A DNA stretch of 64,000 nucleotides, from positions 11,036,001 to 11,100,000 of the forward strand of contig OZ260666.1 of assembly GCA_965285935.1 (NCBI GenBank), in the 5' to 3' direction. This DNA comes from Ophelia neglecta. Lineage: Eukaryota. Numbering within the stretch: position 1 is the first letter of the stretch; every line of letters starts with the position of its first letter. Of this stretch, positions 51,301-63,773 are shown piece after piece. A program made the translations under genes and the position numbers. The notes under the pieces are model-generated. The model made no database searches, was not told the DNA's origin, and was given only the letters and a program-made list of their open reading frames with translations.

Positions 51301-53428
51301 GCTTGGATCTATATGTGAATGATTCTTACTGAAACATAATCATATGTTAACGATACGCCTGTTAAGTTATAATAAACTGAGAGTGCCTGATTGAAATAAC
51401 TGATAATATTTTATGTATAATGCTAATGAAAAACATACATATTTCTCTACATAAACATTGTTTTGAAGTAACATTTACATACTTCATCCAGCTTACAGAT
51501 TATTTTTTGCATATATTCTCAAGCTATTGACATGAGGGCTTTATCTCTAATACTTATTATAAGGCCCAGCACCTCCTAAAGTTCCCTGGATAATAAACAA
51601 ATTGTTTTTTTTTCCTTTATCTCAAGTCATGGAACACCGTGTTTATATTAGGCAAGTGTTATACTGACTGCATCAGGTTGATTTTGGTTTAATCAGCCTC
51701 GAATCCATTCCCGTTTCAACTATATAACTGACATTTTGATTATATCAGTGAAATTTTCCTAATTGTGGGATACCCACACTTTTCATGAATGACTTACCTT
51801 TCTAAAGCAGTGCAGTTCTTTCTGTCCGGCGCGCTGTCGTTCGTTCGATATTTGATCGTCAGCATCCATAAGTACTTTAGAATCATTTGATACTTCATTC
51901 TGAATTAAAAAGATATTGGTGAGAATAGGAAAATGAAAAGACTATGAATATTTCAGTTGCTTGTTTTGCTACTAAAATCAAGACAGTATAAATACTGACT
52001 GACTAATCGCAGAATTAACAACGTACATGTTCTTCTAATACCAAATGCACAGGTCAAACAATTCCCCTTACCATATTGCTTGAAAAATGTCATTAGTAAC
52101 ATAAATATAAGTAATAAGGTTATGACACTCACAGCAAACATGTCAATATCATATGATTACCTTATCATCTGAGTGCTCCCTTTGCCTACGTCGAAAATAC
52201 AGACAGGCAGCAAAAACAAGAACAGACACCGTTGAAAGGACCAAACCGACACTTAGAATGGCAGGCCATACATTGCTAGTTCCTAGCACAATTTGAGTTG
52301 AATATGGAAACAACATTTCTGTTTGGAGCATATCAGTTGTTGGTGTTGTCTGTCTATTCGGCACATAGGTGTCTAATGGATTAAAACATATCGAAATTTT
52401 CAGCTTAACACTATAAATATGCACATTATCGAAGCAGTCTCTTGTCCTCAAGAAATCAGATTTTAACTTGTTTTAAATAGTAAAATTAAAATGACCAACC
52501 TTTGACGTGAACGTAGATTTGTGTTTTACTTGGTTTGTACGCAACAAAATTCAAGATCACATCGACTGTTTCATTTCCGCTTTTACTGAATGTCATGGGT
52601 CCGCCTTCGCAGTGAGAGTCCTTGTGTTGGGTACCACTGCATTTGAACTGTTTCTGGCCACCAGATATGGTACAATAGACAGGGGGATCGGCTGCTGGCA
52701 TCACTACTAGCATTGAAATAGTTCCATGTTTCTCTAGTTCAATGCGCGTTCCATTGATTGAATTCATTAAGGAGGTCTCAACTGTTGCCTTGGTGTATAA
52801 GGCCGGATTCAGGTATTTGGATGAATCAGGGCAGGCTGAAAGAATACACTTACGATTGCCAAATAAAATAAACTCAAACTAATAGGTTTTAGTCAGTAAA
52901 AAGGGAATCGTAGTAAATGACATGTACTAAGCAAAGAACTAACATGAGGCCAGACACAAGGCAGGGAAGCCAGAAGGTTAATGGTGTGTGATAAAGAAAG
53001 ACATCTAGTGTTTTTAGTATAGGTGGCACGTTATGGTGCGGACTCTAAGTTTTGTTCCTTCTAAGGGCACAATAGAAGTATTTTTATTGGCCGCTAGTTA
53101 CCTGATGAGGTCACCACGTGTAAGTCGGCTTCGTCTGCTAGAAGGCGTAACGGATTGCCGTAGTATACATCCAATGTATATGTCCCGTTGTCTGACATCA
53201 TTGCGCGGTTTAAGGTGAATCGGAAAGACTCATTTTCAACAATATCTACTCTATTCATCAACTGTTTAGCCTTTTCTTTTCCGTACTTTTCCATAAGAGG
53301 GACCCAATCTGGATGAGACTTGTAGAAATGCATTGAATTCAGCTCTCCTATACTGTGGTTGTATCTCCACACGAAGCTGGCAGAAGTACCATTACAAACG
53401 TAGACTGTTTCCGGACGTTTAATCCAGC
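47635..53428 (-). CDS. Gene B: V-like Ig domain - beta-sandwich domain - TM - linker - ankyrin repeats. Predicted exons 53102-53428, 52500-52835, 52161-52372, 51798-51899 (and/or 50248-50349), 47635-48384; candidate leader exon 54761-54859
   Basis: Canonical splice sites with compatible phases (1,1,1-to-0,0,0). V-like GTSASFVW...FTLNRAMMSDNGTYTL...ADLHV; TM WPAILSVGLVLSTVSVLVFAACLYF then RRRQR. Joining to the ankyrin exon is inferred. Confidence 0.6.
49168..52305. repeat. Tandem triplication of the gene B TM/linker segment (units 49168-50560, 50561-~52113, partial ~52114-52305)
   Basis: Anchor gttatgacactcacagcaaacatgtcaatatcatatgattaccttatcatctgagtg occurs three times; long near-identical stretches between units; unit 2 has an extra block at about 51085-51255. 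Confidence 0.95.
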
Positions 53429-56400
53429 CTGAAATCAGAATTCTTAGGATTTTCAATTTTGGGGTGTAAGGACACATATGCAACATCTGGGCATTTTAGA
53501 GTAACTAGTTGGGTATATTTCATATTTAAGAATGAGAATTGTGTTAATTTATTTTTTTAATTAAATTAACAAGTAGTAATGGCATCATTATTATGTTGTT
53601 GAGCTTTGTGTAAAACTTTTGGGTGTATGGATAAAGTTTGTTAGGTGAATGGGTAGTTCAATAGCCAGATTGAACATTGGCTCATTTTACAAGCGGATGA
53701 TCTTTAAACAGGGCAGGTTAAGTCCCAGGTTCTCACATGTTTTTTAATAGATTTAAATTAATATTGAATTAATGACTGTTGTTACTATGGAAACACTGTA
53801 GTTGCAGAGCTCAAATTCATGACGTCACGCCCAGGAGCTATAGGTTATTAAGTTGCCCAGGGGTACAAAAACCGGAACATATATAGTATGAACAATTGTT
53901 TGTGCAGAGGTTCCAAATGAGTTGAAGTTTTTGTTTTAATCTTAACGTTTAGCTTAGCTCAACTGTGCGTGGTTTTCTATGGAAAAAGTAGGTTCTTATG
54001 ACATTTTTTATTTAAATAGCGGCCTCCGGTATATTGCTAGTAATTACCGTTTTTTATGGGTTAACCTTTGTGGTTTAATACGGTCTTACACCAAATACCA
54101 TATTATTGCAGACGAAATGTCTTGCTTAAAATGCACCTCAACAACGCGTTGGTAATAATTTCAAATTATATTGACGCCTGTTTGTCGATGAATGATCATA
54201 TCGGCGAAAAGCGACAATTTGGTTTTCGCGAAGAGTCACTATCCCGTCCTACACACAGTAAGCATGCTAACCACGTATATTGGATGGCGTCCATTTTGAT
54301 GATATTTAAAGCAGGCCCGTAATTTTCATATTTATTTGATAAACATGTTAATAGTCAAATTAGTTTTGTGGTGATGCAAAGCTAAAAAAAAAACAATTTA
54401 TCGGTATAGGAAAAGCACATTCAGCTCTGATTTGAAAATTGTACTAATTATATAACACTGATGGTAGACCGATGGACATTACTTTTTTTGTGTGCCTGGT
54501 ATTGATTCCCCATTTGTCCCCATTAAAGCTTATTGGCACTTGACGAAGTCACTGTTAAAGATCACCAACGGACAAAGTAACCAATTGCCTGAAAGCTGCA
54601 TACGTATGAATTGAGAGGTCTGCATTCAACTTTCATACTATATCAAACAAGATGGCTGCTAAAAAAAATACCGCCAGGGAAGCCAATTTCCGAGAGACTA
54701 ATAAAAAATTCCATTTGGTAGTGTTGTCGCAATTTCACAGACTTACAAAGGCATCCTCACCTTCAATAATTTTGCCTTTTACCATACAAACCAAGGTAAT
54801 TTTATAGTAAATACACACGGCGATATATTCACTCTTGAAGTATAAAACCCATGTTCAAGCTGGAACCATTAGATAATCGGCAAGGGATAGGATGGTGAAT
54901 ATTTTTGAAGAAAAAAAACTGTGTCTGTCATATATTTGAAGAACAGCGATATTCCAAACTTTTTGTTTGGATCGAAGATAATGACAAGAATTTTGTGTTT
55001 GTCCTCTTTTGATTGTCTAGATCTTTAATTGTGCTAAATGTATGGACCACTAGTCGGAAATCATATACAGAAATTAAAATTATTGATAACCTCAATCCTT
55101 AATAGTAGAGGACAGATATACCAAATGTATTGTTCACTAATAGCAAATCAAGGAATGCAGTGTTTAGGTTGACTTTGACCTTAGAGCCTCTTGATGGCTA
55201 TAATGTTCTTCTCATGGTTTATGTGATAAGGATAAAGTGTTAGACGTTATGAAAGTTAAGATCACTTAATCTCATCTGAAAGTTTGACCTTTCTTCTTTT
55301 ATATCCATTAATGTATAATCATTTTCACAGCCTGTGTGCACCTAAATTACAACTTTAACATTTTCGTGTCAAATGTCTCCAGCACCGAATAAAGAGTTCC
55401 CATACAACTCACCTCTTTCTTGATATAGTTTTAACCGACTGAACAGGAGCGTCTACCCCCTAAAACCCGGTTACTTTTGCTTGAAAGTTAATATTGCGCC
55501 GCTTGCTGCCCCTCCCAAAGTATCCGTTTGGCGCCGATCGTCGAGTACGCGAAGTTGAGTAGGCTCGTAATTGAGTTATATTTAGTTTTCAGACACAAAA
55601 GTATGTAGCGACAAACTACAAAATAACTAAACAAAGTTTTCATATTAAATCTGAGAAACAAAAAGTGTCCGAGGGTAAACTTTTTATCCACGCCTGACCG
55701 CCATCGCTCACCCGAGCCTAATTGTCGTGGTAACGGGAATGAGTAACAGAGAGTGTGGATTAATAGTAGAACTATAGTAAACCCAGACCTAACACTGCTT
55801 AAGGCCGGCTTCTGCCAAAGCTGGCTGAGCTGACAGTAGACACCGATACCATAACCTCACCACGATGGAAGGAAACCCATTTTAAATATTCTTGATTCTT
55901 TAGAGATAACCTAGTTGTTTAAAAACAACTTTCTTGGGTTTAAGAAGGGTTATATTCAGTCGTTAAAGAAGGGATCATCAAAGTAGCTAACGTACACCTC
56001 TTCTAACTTAGCAATAACATTAAACTTTGTCATTTAACTATTGTAATGAAATTAAATGAGAATCACTGAAGATAATCACAATAAGCCTACCATTCTCTTG
56101 GTCCGTTTCGACTGCTCGGAAATACACAAACCAGCATAACAAAGTGACCTCTGCAACACGGTGCATTACTGATGTGACGAATCCCATGTTTCAATTTCTT
56201 GCCTGAAATGTATAAAATACTGTTAAGAAAGAAAATTAACTAATTATTTTGTATATATGTCACAGTGTGCGCTTTCCCAATATACGTGTATGTATTATAA
56301 TTATCACCTCGGACGTGGTTTGTCGCAATTGTGACTTAAAAGATTTCAAATTTAATTGCGCTATATTGATGCGATATAATAATCAAATCATCTCAAATTA

Positions 56401-58422
56401 CGATAAAGATTCGTTCATCATTGACTCTCTTCAAGCATATTTCAAGTCTGATTGATGATGATTGATTTACCTACTTATTTTTTCGATCTAATTGGTTCAT
56501 GTGACAACTGTTGCCTACTTCTTATTGCAAGTGATACCAATTCAAATTTATAATATCTACATACAACTACTTGTCGCATCTACACGCGACAATTTCTCTT
56601 TGGTCAACAATAGTGCATCGTTTTTAAACTTGGTTTGAACCTTTTGTGTGAATTGGTAATGCTCGTTCTAGTCTACATAGTTCATTACCCTGGGTGAACA
56701 ATCTAGATTTAATTTAATTCAAATCTGCTTTGTACTAATTAAAGTACGAACTGGATGAAGGCACTTATATCGATCTGCCTGACGTTACACCTGTGTAACT
56801 GCTTCCTTGCCGACTGGTATGACTGTTGTATGACAGGTTACTAGGTTTGTGTCAGGTTTCATACGAGTGAAAATAATTTCAGGTAATAATCATGCTAATA
56901 TTGCACCAGTTTTATCTGTTTCCATTTTTTATTTGACGCCTTTTATCACGACCCATAACACTACGACTCTCGGTCTGTGTTTGACGGCTTGTCGAATCCT
57001 GGCCGTAGTCAGGTAGTATTGACGCGACAGCTCGTGACCTTATGCTTTAATATTGGTGATCTGTAGTTCTAAAGCTGTAGTTTGGTGTATCTTATTAAAT
57101 GTACTTGCAATTCAAAAGTTGAAGGGAAGGGGGGGGGGGGACGACAATTCAGAATTTGATTTCCAATTTTTTTCTCGAAGTTTAGGTATGAGCTCTTCAT
57201 TCTAACATCTTTTACTTCAAGGCAAATTGATGAAAATTGATAAAACAAGAAATGGTTGCAACTATCTAAGCCATCGATGCACAGGATCTATTTGTTGTTG
57301 GTGGTGTGCTTGGGAATGGGATGGTTTTTGGGGAAAATTTTAACCAACTTTCTTCTTCAACTCAAGTAACAAAGTTTTTTAACCGGCCATGCTAGCGATT
57401 CAGCAAAATGTATTATAGGTGCGAGGATGAAGACCCTATGCCTTGCTGTGAATTGAACCATTTGGAGATAAAATCTGAATATATTCTGTTAACATTGTAA
57501 CTAATCTATAAACTGACACATATTTTAGGTACTCTTACTTCCTTATTATGGCAGATTGACAGCTGCTATGTCAATCTTGAAAAAGAAAATATACAAATTG
57601 TACCAAGGACCGTTGAAGTGACACCGGTCCCACTTACCAAAATGTAACAAGTAGATGTACAAATATCAAAGGCCGCTGCTGCTTGTGCATTACAAGAAGT
57701 AGCCCTTGCCCTATAATATTTCCATCAGCAGGCTGTTACTCGAGTGCAAAAAATAGCTGTACAATACTAACAGGTGAGTCTTACAGAGTATCGGTTCAAC
57801 TATAATGATATAACACAAGTTGGACAACGAGGAAAATTCATAGGCAATTTGTGAACAAATCTCATATTGCTAGGACAGTAATCGAAAAAACAAATTACAA
57901 ATAATTCAATAAAAAAAAAACTAAAAAAGGTTTCACGGGCACTGTAAATTGTTACCTGGTGTTAACCGCTGCTACTGACAGGTGCAATATGGATGGTAAC
58001 ATTGCATCCCCTCTCCCAAAAAAAAACAATTTTTCCCCGCAGTTTGTGAATGAATCATCCCGTTGCAGAAATATCTGTTATATGTGTTCCGGTCGAGTAA
58101 ATTGTCTTCACCTTCATATTAAGTTCGCTGGGATGTACATATCTACCCGTTTGCACTTTGTCCAACTACTACTAACATTGTTAAAAAAAATCGTAAACAT
58201 GTTCTACTTTCTTTGGTTTGAATTTATGGGCGATTAATAAGAAATGATGGTTTTACCTTGACTCTATTGAAGATTATCCCATACCAGTTTCTTGAGGATA
58301 CATATATGTTGGTTTGATATTGATAGTATCCTAATGCTTTGAATATACTACATGCGTGCCATTTGAAGGTATGCACTGTTATGTCAGAATTGGATTTGCA
58401 ATGGCATATAAAGCTATTCAAT

Positions 58423-58546
58423 ACTTACGCCTGTGTACACTGTCATACGTATAGTTGTTAATGCGTTCAAAGTCCCAACCCAAATCTTACGCCTATGTAC
58501 ACTGTCATACGTATATGTATAGCTGTCTATGTGTTCGAAGTCCCAA
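58423..58546 (+). repeat. Short two-copy tandem repeat (about 62 bp)
   Basis: cttacgcct(g/a)tgtacactgtcatacgtata...ttc(a/g)aagtcccaa occurs twice. Confidence 0.7.
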
Positions 58547-60458
58547 ATAATAATACACTGTCTGCTATAAGTATGGGGGGGGGGGGGAGAGATTTGATAC
58601 CTGAATACTTCATTGATATTTAAATTATATATGCTATACATTTGACCATTATTGCCTGCAGAATTTTACAATATTATTTTTAGGAATTTATGCTCTATTT
58701 GAAACTTAAATTGACATTCAATTATGTTGGTCCCACTCATTTTCCCACAGCATATTTAATTTATCTATACCAATCTATTTTGAGACTGTCAGCAATCATG
58801 TTTTCCTTTTCAAATTAGAATGTAATTAATATGAACGTATATGAACCATATTTCATGTTTTTCAACAAATTAGAACACATTCATCCCTAACCAAAATACC
58901 ATTCCACTTGGATCACATGATGATAGCCATGAAACCTATGGGGGGTAGCATTTGGGCGATGTTCTAGTTTAGGCAAATACAAGACCTAACTTCTTCTCAC
59001 AAAAATGCCTTTCTGAATAAATATGAACTTGAGAGCAAAAATCCAATTCTCTTATATGAAGACCACGCTATACTAGTTGAACTAACCAGCTTTTACTAGT
59101 TCTTGTATGATTTTACGGTTCACTGTATATAACATATTTAATTATAATATATTAAATTATTACCCTCTGTTCGCTGTTATAACAAAGCTTTTTTTTTAGC
59201 ACATCTTATCTATGATTTTGTACATTAAGGCCTGCAGTCTAGACCCAGGTTAATGTGATAAGTCATACCCTTAAAACTGTGTTCTAGTCAATAGCTAATC
59301 TTCCTTAAAACCTGTTTGACCTGGCTAGTTATTGAAAAGGGGGAACTGCATAAAACGTGCTCAGACTGGAATAGTTACTTAATTAGCTATATTCTTCAGT
59401 AACTCTAGGTAAGTACATCAGCGGTCCACTTTAGAATTTAGTGACAGAAATAACTCTGTCAAGGTGTCATGAATTCTCCCATAGAAAATTCTTTGACATA
59501 ATTCCCTCAACTTCGTTATTTCTCTTCAACTTAATTCAAGATTCACTTAGAAAATTAAATGCAGAGGAAAAGATGTCGGTTATGATTTCAACTGTATGCC
59601 TGATGCGATCTCCAATAAGTTAATGTAAATATAGTAAATTGCTAATATTGTTGCGATATTCACGTTTAGAGATGGATTGGTCTTGGTTCATAAAAACTGG
59701 TTATATAGCTGTTCTGTCTCGGAAACTAGTCTTAGCTGAGGGCACGAGACAGATTTCGGGGGCTATAAACAATGATAAGAATTATATGAATGTATCAATT
59801 ATTTAAACATTAATATTCAACTTTAAAAACAGCATTTATTTTATCAAGTCGATATACAGCAATTAGCAACGAGCAATCTTGGCCTTTAACACAATGTAGG
59901 TATATCAATAGCATTACATATTAAAAAAATGAAAATCTTATATTCCGTCAAGATGTGTAGAAATACATATTTAATTTTCTTTAACAAAAATATATCAAGC
60001 TTAACGAGTGCTGTCAATCGTGGTACATGTAACGATTTATTTATTCGAACGAAGCTTAGGCATCATGGAAATAGAGCAAACGTTCATCCATTTTGCGGAC
60101 TCAGTTGTGTCCTAGATTTTAAGGACTCAACTGCTTCACAATAAACATTATAATAAACGCTATAGCAATGAAAATACTGAATACACAGTTTTACCATATA
60201 TGTGGTGTACTCAATTATTGTAGTCAAGGGTCACTCCAAAATTGGCAATGGATAAAAAAACCGTGTTCATTTTATACAAACATGCATTATTTGGTGCAGA
60301 TCCATCAAATCGAATGAATAAACTTTTCAAAATACATTTTTATAATAGTATATAAATAATAAGAATTCCATCATTTTAACTAATGGTGAAATAGCACTGT
60401 AACATGTAACATAATTGGTGTATACCGGGCGACAAAAAAAAGTGATTATTAGAGAATA

Positions 60459-60635
60459 CAGTGAAACCTGACAATAAGGGACAGCCAAGGGACTGGGAAA
60501 TCTGTCCTCTTTTCTCAGTTGTCCTTATTTCACAGGTTACTTTACATGTAAAGTATTACACCTGTACTAAAAACAATGTCCTTAATAGTCAGTGTGTCCC
60601 TAATTGTCAGGTGTCCTTTAGGCCAGGTTTTACTG
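60459..60635. mobile_element. Tc1/mariner (pogo/Tigger-like) MITE
   Basis: TA|CAGTGAAACCTG ... CAGGTTTTACTG|TA; internal tgtcc subrepeats. Confidence 0.8.
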
Positions 60636-62102
60636 TAGTCGGCACGACATCATGTCGAACCATTAGGCGAAAGCCCAATTCATCAATCCTTAGTTCACTA
60701 ACTAATAATACTTGTAACTAATTAGTCATGAAAAGCAATGACAAAATTCCGGACACTTCCGGAGATCCACTCCTGTTTTGGTAAAACCTATTATTAACTT
60801 GTTACTCTCAGTGAAAGTAAAACCATTCCAATCTCAAGCCATCGATTGGTATCATTTGGCTGCTTGAATTAATATAATTTTACAAAAATAAATACAAAAG
60901 CGTTTTAAAGCCATCTTATGCTCTAGAAGAATATTATTGTTGTGCTTAACACAGGTCAAAACTTTCATTGAATATCTGTTGATTTCCACCAGGATTGATA
61001 GACATATCGAGCGTATGACCTGTCGAATTTTCGTTTTCGGTGCATTTTGTGTTGTTTCCTTTAAATATATTAAAATAATATATTATACATTAAAATTGCA
61101 ATGATAATTCAATGACCTATAACTGCAAATAATATTGATGAATTATCAATGGTAAATTAATATTTATAAAAACACGGTAAATAATGATTGTCTATTATAA
61201 GTAAACTTGATAACAGCGATACGGATATAAGAAGAAGCTAATTTCATGGTGTTTTAGGTGACAACCCATTTTGATGTTTAGTGATCAAGTGAATTTATAT
61301 GAGGAACATTGAGGAACAGTTCTAACTCTGGCACACTGGCACGTATATTCAATGGAGGTTACGACAATAACTAGACAAATTGTGCGCCTCTCATTGTGTG
61401 TTCTTTTACACGGAACTGAAATAGCCGGGCACAGTGAGGAGGAGCTTGTCTGAATAGAAAACTCAAATATGTCAATTGGCCATGGCATCTGCACGCGCTT
61501 CGTGTTTTTGGCCAGGTTGCATTACAAGTTATCTCAGTGACTGCAAACTAGTTAGTTTACTGTCAATTTAAACAGTATGTGTTATTTTCTTAATATCAAG
61601 CCGGTTCCCACGTTCACCACTTCCGAAACAGTAGCATAGTGTCACTTTCTGCAATGGCCGGTTTATGTGCCATTTAATTTGTTGTTGCCCTATTTAAAAT
61701 GTGTCGTACATGGTGCCGTAATAACTGAGTTGGGTTGAATTAATTATCGGCATTTGTCGCCATTCACTTTATTTTTTTCGCATTATGCCATATAGTGACG
61801 ATGAATTACGCCCAACAGTAATACTCTAGGTCCATTAAGAGGCAATCCCTCTCCGCTTTCAATTTTTACGTGAATCAGTTTTGGTAATTTTGCCACCCCC
61901 CTCCACCTTAAAAAAAAGGCCATTTCAGATTGCAGAAGTTCCGTTGTCTTCGGGATTAGTTTTTCGACATAATAAAAGTACCATTAATAGACTATTATCT
62001 TTACTTAGACAACTTTAAGCAAAAACTATCATAAAAGTATCAAAGTAACATATCGTTATGTTCATAACAGAAATAAATATATGTCCAAAAGAATACACTT
62101 AC

Positions 62103-63773
62103 TTTGATAGGCAACGAGGATTGAGCATAGTACGATGACGGACAGAACACACACTAGTGTGGTAGTCACCAGTGTCACTTTAGAAGCATTCCACGCATGA
62201 CCTAGGGGAATATGCATTGGTCCATATCAGTATTAAGAAATTGTACAGTATTTATATAATATTACATATCCGAAATTACCTTACACATGTCTCTACAAAA
62301 TTTCCTGAATGCCTGTGCCAATCAAATTATAGCATAAACTATTTTTGGTGTAAATTCAGTATGTAACATGATACTGAAGATGAAATAAAAGCATTTTAAA
62401 ACAATCATTTACCAACAGTCACATTAAGATATAAAGCAGGTGACTTACCTTTCATAGTATCATCAGTAGTAAATGACGTAGGTGAAACATGTTTCGGGTG
62501 TAATGCGGATGGTTGAAAGTCTGTGACGATGCAAAAAGGCACAAGTGTCAATAGTATTTTAATTAGGTACGTAAGCGAAAATAAATCAATTCAGTTGCCT
62601 TGCCCTTATCGTTTTGTTGCCATTGACACTTAACGAACCTACTTTACATAGATAACTTTTATTTTGCCATTAACAAACTCCCTGAACCATCCTTACTCAC
62701 CATACATCCTCTATCGGCCTATTAGCTCTGCTCCAATACACTTTCTACACTGATTTGTATTTATAAATAGTGATTTTCATACGAGGGAAATACGAAAAGC
62801 TTCAGGTGTGACAGAAATACAGGAAAGGTGCTATTAACAAACGCACTGAAGCTTTCTATCCTAAACGCTTACATGTACCCCAAGCATGATATATATAATG
62901 GCAACCAATAATATATATAAATAATGGCAACTGAAGAAAAGGACACATTTTTATTGGGAGAAGGTAAACATTCAGAGAAACAAGACAAACCCGCCCCAAC
63001 CCATGGCTACTTGAATCAATGTTTCCAAAAGATATTTAGGTATGTAGGTTTACTGGGTGCTACGGGGAAGATCTGTACCCACCGATATAAGCACTGTTTT
63101 CTGACTGCAGATAAGAGCCCAATTCCTGTCCACGACACGCGTACTTGCTGATCTTGTTCCTATGCAGTCTTGGAACATCAAAGGTAGACAAAAAAGACGC
63201 GTTTTCTATTGTTGACCCACTTTCGACCCAAATATAAGTCATTGGGGGTCGATGGTCTGCCGGCAGGGAGGTTGACTTAACATCACATTTTAACTTGTAT
63301 TTTTCTGATTCTATAGTGGCGGTCGATGGTTCTCCTGAAGTAAGAACATTGTTAAACAGAGATGCATAATGAGAATATTTTGCCATTGGTGTTTTATATA
63401 AGATTTGCTTACTTTTATTTTCGATTATAGGCAGAAGTTGTATTTCGTTGTATACCAATGCATCCCGAGGACTTACCCCATACAAAAACAGTGTTTTTTT
63501 CGTGATAGTTCACTGCACGACAGTCGTACGTTCCGGCGTCCTTTAAGGTAACATTTATCAGGGTAATAATGACCAATGACGTATTGCTCCAACTCATTTG
63601 GAGACGGCCATCTAAGGTCTTCTCACCAGTGTGAAACACCTTGTAGTTATTTATGTTGAAGTCATGTTTTCCTCTATTTCCATAGCAGTTGACTTGCTTC
63701 CGTTGTCTTCCTTCTTGGAGATTCCACGTAAGATTGGCGTTACTGCCGGTCGAAACCTTAGTGACGCGATGAC
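62103..63773 (-). CDS. Gene C: paralogue of gene A (atypical V-set - Ig2 - stalk - TM). Exons 63477-63773, 63083-63334, 62449-62520, 62103-62201; leader beyond the window; tail unresolved
   Basis: Phase-1 AG/GT exons of 297, 252, 72 and 99 nt. GSNANLTW...QVNC...ITLINVTLKDAGTYDC; LKC..STSLP..MTYIW..YACRGQE; TM VTLVTTTLVCVLSVIVLCSILVAY. Confidence 0.88.

Noticed and set aside
57638-57756. Minus-strand exon with MHKQQRPLIFVHLLVTF as the leader of gene B
   Set aside because: Ends in phase 2, incompatible with the phase-1 V exon; no supporting downstream exon found.
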